Source: Octopus vulgaris
Lineage: Eukaryota
Direction of reading: 5' to 3'
DNA length: 64,000 nucleotides
NCBI GenBank assembly: GCA_951406725.2
Contig: OX597819.1
Coordinates: forward strand, 102,176,001 to 102,240,000
Positions 1-14,111 of this stretch are shown here, piece by piece (within the stretch, counting starts at the first letter, position 1; every line of letters begins with the position of its first letter). The notes below the pieces were generated by a model. The model had not been told where the DNA came from. It made no database searches and saw nothing but the letters and a program-made list of their open reading frames with translations. The position numbers and the translations under genes are program-made.

Positions 1-169
1 GGGAGATAATTCCGTTACGATCAGTTGACTGAAATTTTCAAACAGTATAGACAAACCAAATAAATGAGGGCCGAAGCATATAGACCGAAATGTGTCTCTC
101 ATTAATTACATAATCTGGGGACTACCGTAAATTTTTGTGTGCATTTGTGTGTGTGTGTGAGTGTGTATA

Positions 170-330
170 TCTTTTATCTGTTTCAGTCTTTAAAACGCGG
201 CCATGCTCACCTCGAATAGTTTTTGTTTAGTGGAATGAATCAAACCCAGCACTTATTTTTAAGACTGCTAATTATTCAATCGGTCTCTTTTGGCAAGCGG
301 CTCTACATACAAACACTGATACACACACAA
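170..330 (-). mobile_element. SINE family B, degenerate 3' half
   Basis: tgtttcagtc...cggccatgct...caatcggtctcttttggc resembles the reverse complement of the 3' half of the 50028-50507 copy. Confidence 0.65.
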
Positions 331-395
331 GGAATTATGTATATATATATATTAAAAGAAGTATATATACTTCTGTACGTGTGCACATATACGTT

Positions 396-455
<60 letters not shown>

Positions 456-735
456 GAGTGAGAGAGAGAGAGAGAGAGAGAGATTCAGATATGCATGTAT
501 GTATATATGCTTGTATACGTATATGTCTTATAAACAAGGATCGCTGTTTAAGCTTTTACTAGACTGGCTTCAGGTTCAGACAATCTGAATATAGTCAAAA
601 GTTTTGGATTTTTATAGTCCCTGAATGTCTTCCACCGTATCCAGTATGCAAACCATGCAACATATGCTTCGTAGAACCTATTGAGTATGTGTTTGTGTAT
701 AGGTAAATATATGCGTCTAGCTCATATGTATATAG

Positions 736-1030
736 GGAAAGCACGTGGCTTAATGATTAGGATATTCGACTCCCGATCATAAGATTGTGAGTTCAATACA
801 CTGCGACCTGTTGTGTCCCTAAGCGAAACACTTTATTTCCCATTGCCCCAGTTCATTTCGATCACAAAAATGAGCAGTACTTGTATTTCAAAGAGCCAGC
901 CATGTCACAGTATGTCTCCCTGGTAACTACGTTCATGGTACACGTGTCTCTGGAGTCCTCAGGAACATGCACGTTGAATTCACTATCGCATCAACTGGAC
1001 CCCTCGTTGTCGTAAGCATCGGAGTGTCAA
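736..1030 (+). mobile_element. tRNA-headed SINE, family C head with a different 3' region
   Basis: gcacgtggcttaatgattagg...gtgagttcaat (A/B-box-like) then gttgtgtccctaagcgaaacactttatttcccattgccccagtt, parallel to the 61801 copy; 3' part differs. Confidence 0.7.
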
Positions 1031-1541
1031 TAAATCTTATGTATATTTGTGTACATATGTTGTATATATAAAAGACTATACAATTGTATTATACGTCGAT
1101 ATTTAACCACATATCCTCACATACACTCAAACTTAATATATATCTGTTATATAGTTTATAAATAACTATATATGATTATATGGATTTGTATGTGTATACA
1201 AGTGTACGCGCAAGGTAAAGTATGTGTACAGGTGTAAACGTATAGGCCGTATAAATTTATGTCTTTGTAGCCCCAACACGCACATACACACACATATATA
1301 TATATATAAACGTACACGTGAAAGGGGGAGGAGAAGGGAGAGAGACACAGAAAGCGTATTTCTCTTTTATTACTTCTGAAGAATAGATTTCGAAGTTTAT
1401 AATAACATTTTTCGATTTTCAAGATATTGGCATATTTTGATTATTGATCGTGAACGTCGATATGATCAATGTAATTATACTAATTTTATTTCAATTTCTC
1501 TATAACACACCTCACTTAATGTGTGTGTGTGTGAATATATA

Positions 1542-1705
1542 TGTTTTTTTATTTTCTCTTCCCGTTTACTTCTGTGTTCCTTTCTGTCGAAGAGCGTAGG
1601 CTCGAAACGTAAGAAGACTTTCTCATTTCCCGAGCGTTAAACTAATATATCTGTCTGTTATTTACATACCTGTCTTCATCTCTTTTTTTTGTAAATTTTC
1701 ACTAC

Positions 1706-1708
<3 letters not shown>
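1542..1708 (+). mobile_element. Short element E in (TA)n carrying a hammerhead-like motif
   Basis: Homologous to the reverse complement of 44838-45017 (gaagagcgtaggctcgaaac...ttcccgagcgttaaactaat...acctgtcttc); TA runs on both sides. Confidence 0.7.
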
Positions 1709-1767
<59 letters not shown>

Positions 1768-1823
1768 CTACCTAACTTTCTATCTCTGTATATACATAAT
1801 CATCTATACATCCATATCTCTCC

Positions 1824-1872
<49 letters not shown>

Positions 1873-1879
<7 letters not shown>

Positions 1880-2171
1880 AAGGGCTTAGTAAAATAAATT
1901 ACTTTGCCGCATACTGAACTCATTAGAAATAGCAGCTAAAAAAACTTTTTTAAAAACTATTTCCAATACTTAAAGAAAACCTCTCTCATATAGTGTTTGC
2001 TCAATTCAACTCACGAAAGTATGAGGGTAGAGACATTAAAAAAATCAAATGCAAAGGTTATTTGAGAACGTACGTTTCAAGATTAGTCAAAATCGACACT
2101 TCTATCATCAGCTCAGTATACTGAATACTTGGTGAAATTGATTAATTAATTAATTTTACCCTCAATTGTTG

Positions 2172-2173
<2 letters not shown>
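1873..2173 (-). mobile_element. ~300 bp element inserted in (TA)n containing a hammerhead ribozyme motif; probable Penelope-like non-autonomous element
   Basis: Unique sequence bounded by long (TA)n on both sides, with an internal hammerhead at 2063-2115. Confidence 0.55.
2063..2115 (-). ncRNA. Minimal type I hammerhead ribozyme motif
   Basis: Minus strand reads UGAG-CUGAUGA-[26 nt imperfect stem II]-GAAA-CGUACG-U-U-CUCA: stem I UGAG/CUCA, canonical core, palindromic stem III, GUU triplet. Confidence 0.7.
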
Positions 2174-2219
<46 letters not shown>

Positions 2220-2577
2220 GAGGGTGTGTGTGTGTGTGTGTGTGTGTGAAAGAGAATCAGATAGACATACAGATAGAGGATAGAGTTAAATAGATAGATA
2301 GATATTTAGATAGATAGACAGATTTGTTGGTTGATTGGTAGAGGCATAGTTACTGAGACAATGTTAGTAGTGTAGTATGGTATACCGTAGTGTTTGGTGG
2401 TGTGGTGAGTAGGCTGGCATGGGTTTCAGAGAAGCACTTGCATCTCATAATTACTACGTGTGTGACTTATACAGGCCTACAATTAAACTGGATCACCTCC
2501 CTCACGCTTCCCACCGGTGTTTCATAAAAGAGACGCACTACTTAGGACAGAAAAGTAACAACAGTAACAGCAATCAC

Positions 2578-2598
2578 AAAATAATAATAATAATAATG

Positions 2599-2655
<57 letters not shown>

Positions 2656-2680
2656 GTAATAATAATAATAATAACAATAA
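2578..2680. repeat. (AAT)n microsatellite
   Basis: Direct reading. Confidence 0.95.
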
Positions 2681-2788
2681 CCTTTTGAGATAATCAAGAC
2701 GGGGAATTACAATAAAAATATACGTTTAGACCGTTTGACACGAAACGGTATGTATTTTCGAATCAAAGGACCGCAAATGACTCAGTAG

Positions 2789-2790
<2 letters not shown>

Positions 2791-2886
<96 letters not shown>
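2791..2886. repeat. (TG)n microsatellite
   Basis: Uninterrupted run of about 95 bp. Confidence 0.97.
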
Positions 2887-3722
2887 TCCGTCTCCGCACA
2901 CGCTCGCGTCTGTGTTAGAAATAGCCAGGTACTCACAGCCACCCACGCATAGTCATTATATATATATATGTATATATATGTCATATATAGATAGATATGT
3001 GACATGTGTATATGTGTACGTATATATACATATATACATATATATATATATAGTATATATATATATAGTATATATATATATATATTATATATATGTACAC
3101 ACTTGCACGTAGGCGTGTATTATACAAATATACGTATTATAAAAATAAATATTTAATATATGCATACACATTGATGCAAACATATATAAATATACGTATA
3201 GCCATCTATGTATAAATACACACACACATACATAGACAAATATGCACTATATATATATATATATATATATATTTGAATGTGTGGTTTTGTGTATATTTGT
3301 GTATGCATATTATACGCACACACATTCACCAAATCCACATATTCATAGTGTAATATACGCAAATAAAGAAGTGGATTGAAGTTGTAAGTTTTGCTTCCTC
3401 CACACGTCTCCGTCTAAGCCTTATATATGACACATTGTGACTGAGGTTTTCATTATCTCCCTCACTAAGGTGTTAAACGTATGCCCCACCCCTCCATTAC
3501 CTTCTATTTGCCCCTTCAAAGAGTCTGTCTGTTTGTGTCTTTCTCTCTCTTTCTCTTTCTCTCTCTCTCTTGTAACTTTAAATGTAATACAGCAAAAAAT
3601 ACACCCTCCTATATGCACTTACTATACACACTACACTTATATATCTATAATTGCTACTTCTATTAGATTAGACCTCTTCTGCAGCCATAATCTTACAGAG
3701 AGAGAGAGACAGACAGACAGGC

Positions 3723-3764
<42 letters not shown>

Positions 3765-4317
3765 AGAGAGCTTCTTCTGCAGCTATAATCTTAGAGAGAG
3801 AGAGAGACACACACAGAGGCAGAGAGAGAGAGAGAGGGAGAGAGAGGGGGAGGAGGAGAGTACGGAAACTAGTAGTGCTGCGCGTCGGCAAACATTATAA
3901 CATTACAGTTTGAAATTAATGACTATGGGTAGAAAAAGAATATAAGGTTTCGTTTGAGAGGCAAAAGTTTCTCTGAGATGAGCACTACGTCCCAAATCCT
4001 CAAATTCTTCCGCTACTCTCTCCGCCTCAATTTTATGCTAAATAATCCCCTTCACGAATATATAAAAGTTGGGAAGAATTCATTGAAAGTACGGGAAAAT
4101 ACTTCACCGTTTTACATCAACATCATCTAAACCATGAGTTCCTTTAACGGAGCAAATTCTTACCTCCGATTTAAGGATAAAATTGTCACTGACTTGCTCT
4201 CTTATATCTAACAAAGCACTAAAATACAAACTGAAAGATGAGGTTATTGTTAGCAAACCTAATGACTGCGTACTTGCAGTGTATTAGTAGCGAAGTTGGA
4301 GATATTTACAATAACTC

Positions 4318-4670
4318 TTTGAAATTTTTGACGTAAGGCCGGCAGTTTTGATGAATGAGACAATTGATTAAATCAATCCCAGTACTTGACAAGTACTTTA
4401 TTTTATCGACTTGGAAAAGATGAAAAGCAGATTTGATCTCTGCAGATTTTGAACTCAGAACGTGAAAGCCTCGAAGTATTTAGTGCTGTCGATTGATAAT
4501 TCTGCTAAGCACGCTGCTTTTCAAATGTTGGGACAAGGCAAGCAAGTTCGGTGTAACGGGCAAGTCGATTACGTTAACCCCATTGGTCCAACTTGAACCT
4601 ATTTCATCGACTCCGAATATATGAAAGGCAGAGTGGAACTACCGCTAAGCATGTTATCCGGCTTCCTAAT
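4318..4670 (-). mobile_element. Two stacked degenerate SINE family A copies
   Basis: Repeated ttttatcgac...atgaaaagcag...tttgaactcagaacgt and caagtcgattac...atttcatcgactccg...atgaaaggcag motifs. Confidence 0.65.
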
Positions 4671-4675
4671 GATTA

Positions 4676-4907
4676 TTATTTCTTTATTGCCCACAAGGGG
4701 CTAAACACAGAGAGGACAAACAAGGACAGACAAACGGATTAAGTCGGTTATATCGACCCCAGTGCGTAACTGGTACTTATTTAATCGACCCCGAAAGGAT
4801 GAAAGGCAAAGTCGACCTCGGCAGAATTTGAACTCAGAACGTAGCGGCAGACAAAATACCGCTAAGCATTTCGCCCAGCGTGCTAAAGTTTCTGCCAGCT
4901 CGCCACC
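4676..4907 (-). mobile_element. SINE family A, full length and well preserved
   Basis: Reverse complement reads ggtggcgagctggcagaaac...ctgagttcaaattc (B-box-like)...gaggtcgactttgcctttcatcctttcggggtcgattaaataagtaccag; highly similar to the 50763 and 56100 copies. Confidence 0.92.
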
Positions 4908-5191
4908 TAAGGTAGTGGTCTTGATAAAAATCACTGGCGGTGTTTGTTGTTGTTGAACCCTAGAAGTACCAGCCATAACAAACCATTCCTTTTTTCTTTC
5001 TTTTTTTTTTTAAAAGTAAATGAAACCCAAAGTTACATTAACCAATTTCATTATTTTGAAGATGGTAATGTGTGCGTTAAGAGGAATTTGGACGCTGTTT
5101 CTAGAAAGTCGCGTGACACTCTTCCGATATTGTTAGATATATTTAAAGAAGAATATTTTATTCATCCTAAGGTGGTGAGCTTGTAGAAACG

Positions 5192-5265
<74 letters not shown>

Positions 5266-5510
5266 CACACACATATATATATATATATGTGCACTAGAAT
5301 ACATATACATGCAAAAGATGAAATATATATATATATATACGAATGTATCTATGTATCTATGCATGTATGTATGAATGTATATTTAATGTGTGGCTCTGGG
5401 TGTACCTATTTTCCTGGCTTTATTTATGGTGTTTCTCACGAAGGGAGAAAGAGCCGACTTCTGTACCTCCAAAAAATCTCTTTCATAACACACACACACA
5501 CACACACACA

Positions 5511-5574
<64 letters not shown>

Positions 5575-5680
5575 CATATATATACGCATACATCAATATA
5601 TACATATATATATATACATACGTAAATATATATACATAAAATATACATATATATATATACATTCATACATACATACGCAC

Positions 5681-5716
<36 letters not shown>

Positions 5717-6784
5717 CTATATATACACATATATATATACACGCACGCACATACATGGTTGCTTGCGTGTGTGTTTGTGTGTGTATTCGTGAATGTCGAG
5801 ACAATATCAGCAGATTTAACTTAATTTCAATCGTAATATTGATTATATTTCTTTACTTCTACAAAGCCTGTCTAGCAGAAAATTGATTGTGTCCACACTC
5901 ACCATCACCCACCACCCACTCCCTTTCCTATTCTTCACTCTCAATATTATCTCCCCACCACACACATGCACACTCATGTCACTTGTGCTCGCCCCTTGCT
6001 CTCCTCATTCAATCATTTTTCTCGCCTTCCTTAATCTTTACTCTTCCTCTTATTCCTTACTCTCCCTAATCTTTTACACATTTCTTTCAAACTATATTTG
6101 CTCTTTATTATTATCCCTCTTCTTTTTTCCCGCTTATCTTCCGACTTCCCCTATCTCTTTCTTTCTTTCTTTCTTTCTCCATATCTATCTTTGTCAGTAA
6201 CTCTCTCACACTTTCTTTCTCAATCGCTCTCTCTCTCTCTATCTCTCGATTAATTCATCTCTTTCTCTCCGTAGAATTTCTTTTTTCATGTAGTTCCAAG
6301 TGGAATTGCCCAGCCCTTTACCCAATTATCCAATATCCCCCTAACATACACATACACTCGCACTCTCCCTTGCCCCTTTATAATTATATCCACTTTTTTC
6401 TTTCTCTTTTCTCTATTTTATCTTCGTCTTTCCCTTTCTCTCCCTTTCTATTATTGAATGTATAACCCCAAGCAATCTAATCGAAGACTTGCTGTTGCAA
6501 CAAGTCAAAAACAGGGCACCTGCAATGATTGAATCTTATGTAACTAAAGGCTCATTCCCCCACCTCCTGTAAGTATTTATAAAGTGGCTTAAGTGCCATT
6601 AGTTCACACTATCAGTAAACCAATAAACAATACCATGCCAATTCGTCCACCAATGTTATTCTGAATACTTATATATACAGATTTGTAAGTTTGAAATGAA
6701 ATTACAATTATGCAATACATTCTTTTAAAATTAAAGATAGGACTTCACTAAAAAGCCTCAGGTCCTCAGAGGCAGCTGAGATCG

Positions 6785-7330
6785 ATGTAGTTCACGTTGA
6801 TATTGAAGTTCTGTGGAAGTATGTCTGGAGTAAAACGTGGCAAATAATTGTAGGGAAATAATTGAGAAAAATAAGGATAGATTTAAGAAATCATATGAAC
6901 GACAGGTTTTATAACTGAGACAGAATTAGTAAATGGTTTGCGAAGGGAAGGAGAAATGTCAAATATAGTAGGGAAAAAATTCAGGGAATGAATTCAGATG
7001 CTGTTGGATTAGCACAAATAATTCACAGACCTAAACAGAACGTTTGCGGATAAATGGCTGTAGCATGTTGTCAGGGGATTCCTTACTCATTATGATTAGG
7101 GCGACTTCCTTAATTATCATTAGTCTCATTAGTATGCAATCAGTAAAATGAACTTCCGTCAAATAGCACAATACTGCCCTCAAAAGAGACAAATATACAT
7201 TAGGTGATGCTAGCATAGACGTATCTACATTCAGAATGGACATCTCTCAACAAAGCCCTGATATACATGAGATAAATCCACCAAGAAGAAGGGACACAGC
7301 GTTGAATACATTCATCATTGGCCTGAAATA
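6785..7330 (-). mobile_element. Decayed LINE (CR1/L2 group) ORF2 C-terminal fragment
   Basis: Minus-strand translations VYLSLLRAVLCY, IKEVALII...LQPFIRKRSV and NYLPR...NFNINVN recall, in the expected order, the LYK.L.RP.LEY / LQPL..RR.V / WN.LP...FK..VN motifs of CR1/L2 ORF2 ends; stops and frameshifts present. Confidence 0.45.
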
Positions 7331-7856
7331 TCAAAGTTAACCTGGGGAAAACACAAATAATAGATAACAAACAAGCAATACAGCTGAATCACGTTCAACC
7401 AACAATTGAACTATGGCCTATCGCCGTTATAAGCATATAAATAAATAATTAATTAATGTTTTGGATCTAAGTTCAACCTGTGGGAATGAAAACACCTAAA
7501 ATTCTTCCAACTAACCCCACTGTCTCCCTACCAACTGAGGGCCCGTGTTACTAGGATTTGATAGATATCTACTGCTTATGAGAGAGAGGGAGAGAGAAAG
7601 AGAGAGAGATAGGAAGATAGTGAGTGAGAGAAGTGGGAGAGTATGGATATCATAAAGTGTGAGATACTTTTAATACGTATACACGTGTGCGTTGCGTGTG
7701 AAAATTAATTTGAAAAATGTGTGCAGTGAATATATATTAGAAACTAAATTAAAACTGGAAAGCTTACCATTGTATGCATATATGTTTAAATATGCCAATG
7801 TGTGTATGCGCGTGTGCGTGTATATGTACATATTCACATGAAGATACATATATATG

Positions 7857-7923
<67 letters not shown>

Positions 7924-8197
7924 AATATTGTATGTGTAGTCATCTATGTATGTGCACGTGTTTTATTTTAATAGAATGATTTACTGTCGCGACTACCGTT
8001 ATTGTTATTTTTATAATGTGATATTGCTCCACTGGAGGTAATGTCCCTTTATTTTACCTGTCTATCAATTGTAGATGCTTCAGCTAAGTTTCCATACAAA
8101 AACAGAGAGTTGCTCTCTCTTTCTCTCTCTCTCAAAAATATAAATACTATTAGATATGTATACAGCGACTCACACACTCATATATATGCAAACAAGC

Positions 8198-8266
<69 letters not shown>

Positions 8267-8311
8267 ATATATACATACATACATATGCATGTATGTATAT
8301 ACATATGTATG

Positions 8312-8342
<31 letters not shown>

Positions 8343-11300
8343 GTATATATGTGTATATATATATGTGTATGTATATATGTACGTATGTATATATATGTAT
8401 GTATGTATGTGTATATGTATTATGAGTGTGTATGTGAGTATATATATACTCACATACACACACATATATGCATACATACATACATGCATATATATATATA
8501 TATATTTAAGCACCCTTGCACTCACAGAACGTAGAATGCGATACATTGTAATTAAGATTTTGATATAAGAGATTATGAAGGAGAAACTGAAAGGCAAAAT
8601 AGGTTTTAACTTATGAAAAAATGCCCAGAATTCTACACAAAATGCTACCAAAGATAACAACACTAAAAACTGCGAATTATGTTATGGAATGAAACAAACA
8701 TAAAGAAATGATTGCGCGCACTCAGTTAAACACGAAGATGTATATGTACATATATATGCATACACACATATGAATATACAGACATGCATATGTCTATCGT
8801 GTGTGTATGTAATTATAGAAATGGAGTTAGGAATATACAGATTCAACAGATCAGATGCTAAATGTGATAATCCATTATTTTAAGCGTATGAAAGATTATA
8901 CTATAAAAGATTACAGTTGAATGAAACTTAGGACGGGTTGATGTGTAATACATATTCATCATATACACACATTTATGCGTGTGTTAGTGCGTGCGTTTGT
9001 ATGCGTGGAACAGACACTTTTGCTTTTTGAAAACTTCTGGGTACGTATATATGTCGAGATATATGAATGAATAGATAAGATTGATATAGATATAAATATG
9101 TACGTTCATATGTGCGCACGCGTGTTTAGGTGCGTTTGTATAAGTGAGTGAATGAGAGAGAGAGAAATAGAAAGAGGAAGCGAGAGAGAGATCAACTTTT
9201 TGAGCTTCACTTTTCAATACTTGCATGAGTCTAACGGAATAATTCTATTCTAAATACATTTTGTATATTGGTTCATATTTACTAAGATATGAATCTATGT
9301 GCATTGAAGTACACACAAACACACACACCTTTACACAACTATGGTGAGATTTAGCACTGCAACGCATAAAAGATCTACTGTTGGTTTATATTTTCATATA
9401 ACGTACTCGTGACAATATCTAATAATTTCGCTCTCCTTTCACCTCACTACAAGCCATGAACTGTTAGCTCTTAGCTCTTCGAATCTTATAAAAGTTCTTT
9501 GATTTGGTTTCACACGGCCTTGCAATGCTCTTTACAGCGGTGAAGTCTTATTGTTCGTCTGGTTATTATTTAATATAACTGATCTGATAAAGTTATTCAT
9601 TTGTTTAGCATTAGTTTAGCATAGCTATATCACTACACCGGTGAGATGTGATCCGTTGTCTACATCTGTTTATTATTCGTCAGTAGCCATATATTATTTT
9701 TGTTATTGTAATGGAAAGCACTCATGATATTTTTAGGGCTTTTAAATATGGTAATAAGAAGACGTATTATATAATTCTAAAGATTGTAACAGAATAAACT
9801 CCAGCCAAGTAAGTGTCTGATGGCCTAGTTAAAGTGTGTGACGGATTATGTCCCCCAAGAGAAGATAGATTTCCTATGACAAGATTCCAGTGTCTTCTAC
9901 TACTTTTCAAGTGGCAAATTGATAGATTCGTTACAACTTCGGCCACCTGTATTCCGACATTCTACGCACTGAGTTTGAATCCGACCGAGACCATTCTGCA
10001 GAGGCTTTTAAGAGAAGTACCAGTCCAGTGTGGAGGATTGTTAGAAAGCATTAAAAACATCGGACCGAGTAGTGGACTTAATACATCAGCCGATTTAACA
10101 CCACGACCATGTACCACTGGAGTCTTTAATGTAGTCTTCTGTTTTGCGAGCATTCAAGGCCAATTTTCTGGTTTGAAGACATTTTCCTACCACGAGATTT
10201 AGATGCTCTGTAAAAGGTTATGTGCATTACTTCCTCTCCTAATTAAAAGATAAAAAAGATATAACTCTATACCTAGTCTTGGTCGAAGCGATAGATAAGC
10301 CCACTTGTCCAAAATGCAGTGTTATGAGAGGCAACGTGAAGTTAGGAAAGTAAACATTTTAACTACACAGCCACGTTTAAACTTCATTTAATTACTATAA
10401 AACTACTAATATGCAGTTGCCTTGCCAACTCGACCGAATCTCCGCCAATTTCTAGGTCCTCTACTATAATAGGTATAGAATTGCAACTTTTTGAAATGCA
10501 CTTCTCGACTACAGTTTTTCTTTAAGACAGTAAATTTCAGATGTCCGAAACAAATGTTGATAGCATCGATGTTCTGTATCAGCCATTGGCCACATCAACC
10601 TCAGAAGCCTGACGGGAATTTCATAGATTACAGCCATTTTCCTTTTGCAATTGATCAATCATTTTCACCATTCTCCAAGATTTGAAACGGCATTTGGTGC
10701 TTCTTTCTGCCTGATTTTTTAAAAGATAATTTTCAAAATAGAAATATTTTGATACTTCTTCACTAGTCTCTTGTATAAGAAATAGATAATATTATTACAT
10801 TTTTTTGTTACTTTATACAAAATACAAATACGCCCATGGTACTATTTTGAGACGTTGCATACGAAACGTCGAGGCACTTACCCTATATATATCATTGGTA
10901 CAAAAATTTTCATCTCAATCACCACTTGAGAGAAATTCAGAATCAACTCGACCTTTCTGGGATTTCTCGTATCAATTTTTAAAATCAAAAATACATTTCA
11001 AGTATACAGCCAAGAACCAGTGGAAACAATAATTCTTGCACACATTTTAATGAGATTCAAAGAATCAGAAACAGAGACTTACAGACAGACAAATATACAC
11101 ATACAGAAATACACACACACACACACACACATACACACACACAATCACACGCAGTTACAAATAAAACAAACATAAAACAATTAAAATGGAGGAGAGTTGT
11201 TGAAACTAGTCCCAGTTTTGGATGACAAAAGTACAATTTCTGTAGACAGGGGTAAAAATAAGTGGGGTCCATCACATTTACATAGGGTCAAATGATACAA

Positions 11301-11449
11301 CCCAGCAAATGTCAGAATTAATTTCACCCACTCCCCACTGTCTGCCGTAATATATGTGCATTTATATATACAACTACACACACACACACACATATATACA
11401 CATACACACAGTGAGAGAAATAGAGAGATGTTTGTGTGTATATATATAT

Positions 11450-11451
<2 letters not shown>

Positions 11452-11510
<59 letters not shown>
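11452..11510. repeat. (GATA)n microsatellite
   Basis: Direct reading. Confidence 0.95.
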
Positions 11511-12070
11511 CAGACACAGAGAGAGAGAGAGAGATACATATGTGTATATACAAAAATCTCATATATGTATTAACACACACACACACACATACACACACAG
11601 AAATAGAAATGTGTGTTGGTATTGTACATATAAAAATATATATATGTATATGAGCATAAAGCAAATATATGCTTACATACACATTTTCTTCATATATCTT
11701 TGGGTGTTTGTGTGCGTGTGTGCACGCTTGTTTGCCTGTGTATAGGCATATATATGTGCGTATATGTGTGTGTATACAATCAACATAGCTTCGAGTAAAC
11801 TCACATGGACGAGTATCTCTTTTACTTTATACGCAAAAATACTTAAAGCAAACCGTAATCGGGAAAAAGACGAGAAACAGCGTACAGAGATGGTGAAAGC
11901 TGCGGAGGGCAGTGGAAGTGCGAGCTCTGAACATATGAAGGACTTCTGTTGAACCGGGATGTAAAAATGCTGTAGGCATTACACTGATATTCGCCAGAAT
12001 TCCAATATTTCAACACCTCTCAACACGGTTTCAACCCCCACTCCTTTATACACTATTTTTTTTCTTTTAC

Positions 12071-12119
<49 letters not shown>

Positions 12120-12603
12120 TGTATGTATGTATATGTATTTCCGATCCACATTGTCTACTTTCTTTTGTAGCGCACTTTTTAGTTTTGCAGTGCGAAAATT
12201 ATAGCTTACCGAGAGGTCAGGCATTCAAAATGATGGAGGAGCAAATTTTGAATGAAATCTGAAGGCGAAGGGCTTCAATCAATGGCCATTGTAACACTTT
12301 ACTGTGATAAACTTTGAAGACAGTTTAAAATAAAGACATGTGGCACCTGTTGACAGGACGTATATTTACATACAGCTTAATGCACAACTATACGCTCATG
12401 CATAGAAAGACATATCTCAAATTATTAAAATTATTTGTATTAGCATTAACACACGTCACATACAGACATATACACACGTATATGTATATGTGCATATATA
12501 TATATATATACATATATATATATTTATACTTTATTTAAACTGCGTATATTTATATATACTTGTAAACATATCTATATATGGTTTCTCATGTTATATATAT
12601 ATA

Positions 12604-12653
<50 letters not shown>

Positions 12654-12758
12654 TTGCTCTACTTCGTTAAAAGTTGTTATTGACCTTCGTATATTGCCAT
12701 CCATTTTCAATCTATCTATTTACACACACACACTAGTATGTAAGTTAACTTTCCTGTG

Positions 12759-12808
<50 letters not shown>

Positions 12809-13169
12809 TGTGTGTATGCGTGTGTGAAGAGAGGGAGAGAGAGATGTGTACACACCAGACATGCAGTACGACCTTCAACGGGGGAAAAGCGAATGTTGTC
12901 TATATTAAGTAACATTTTACATGGCTATTCACCTCTCGGCAACCCCAGACTTCAAAATGAACTACAACGCAGAAAAATAAATAGGAACGTGAATAAAGAA
13001 ATACAACAGCAGAAGCAATGGCAGCAACAACAACAACAACAGCAGCAGCAACAGTGTCGGCAAAAGCACAGCAGCAGATCAACAGCAGCAAAGTAGATTA
13101 GCAAAGCTGAAAATAATTTATTCAATTGTTGAAAGGGTTTAGAGAGTGGGAACAAAGCGAAATAGCTGA

Positions 13170-13350
13170 TTCTATTAAAAGCACAAGGCCTAAAATTTGG
13201 GATAGTGAGCTAGTTTAAATGAACCACAGAACTTTATTTTATAGCTCCCAGTACGATAAAAACCAAAGATGACATCGGCAGGAATTGAACTCAGAACGTA
13301 AAGAAGGAGCTGATACATGTATTACATGACATTTTCTTCAAAGCTCATAC
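13170..13350 (-). mobile_element. SINE family A, degenerate
   Basis: gcacaaggcctaaaatttggg...caaagatgacatcggcaggaattgaactcagaacgtaaag. Confidence 0.65.
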
Positions 13351-13384
13351 AATTTAGCCCATCCACTGTTTTTGAGAATTAAGT

Positions 13385-13590
13385 CAATGTTCTCATCCAG
13401 ATCTTAAAATCAGACTTATGAAAAGTATACTCTCCGTGACCATTCTGTCTTTTTTCCAGATTTAATATCCTTTACGGCTAAATTATCCAGTTTGTCGCAT
13501 ATTTTTCTCAGAGGTTAGGGCACGATATACTGGGACATTTCACGTTGGTGTTATTTTTAGTGTATTGGGTAGCTATGCGGATGCTTCCTT
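13385..13590 (-). mobile_element. Old repeat family F, degenerate
   Basis: ccgtgaccattctgtctttttt...ggtgttatttttag; shares blocks with copies near 34225, 34480, 57050, 58620 and 63370. Confidence 0.45.
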
Positions 13591-13733
13591 GGTCGCTTTC
13601 TTCTTTATCTGTGTATTTGTGTTGTGGCCAATGAGCACAGGTATACACAGGTGTGGGTGTGCAAGTTTTTCTTATAACTCAATGTAACGATTGTGTCTGT
13701 TAGTCATGTGTAATGTGTGTGAATTCAAATGGA

Positions 13734-13786
<53 letters not shown>

Positions 13787-14070
13787 ACACACACAAACAG
13801 TGGAGAGGAAGAGGGAGCGAGAGAGAGAAAGAGAGAGAACAATCATGTTTAAAATTTCTTATCTATTTACTTAGATTGTCGGCAAGTTGAAAGAGAGTTT
13901 TCGCCAGGTGAAATACAACCCAGATGGTAATGAAATATACGTAGAAAACAGATGCTCCTCCTTCCAAATTACATCCTTCTTTTGAACAGCCTGCCGCCTT
14001 AGATTTTGTGGAGAACTTTGCTTAGATGAGCGTATATTGTTTGGGTGTTCAGAAAGCCGGGTTCAGAATG

Positions 14071-14111
<41 letters not shown>

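Noticed and set aside
6472-6574. Possible exon ending at a gtaagt donor
   Set aside because: No recognisable protein, and the start resembles a family F relic
13875-13932. Possible short exon after tttacttag
   Set aside because: Weak donors and no recognisable peptide
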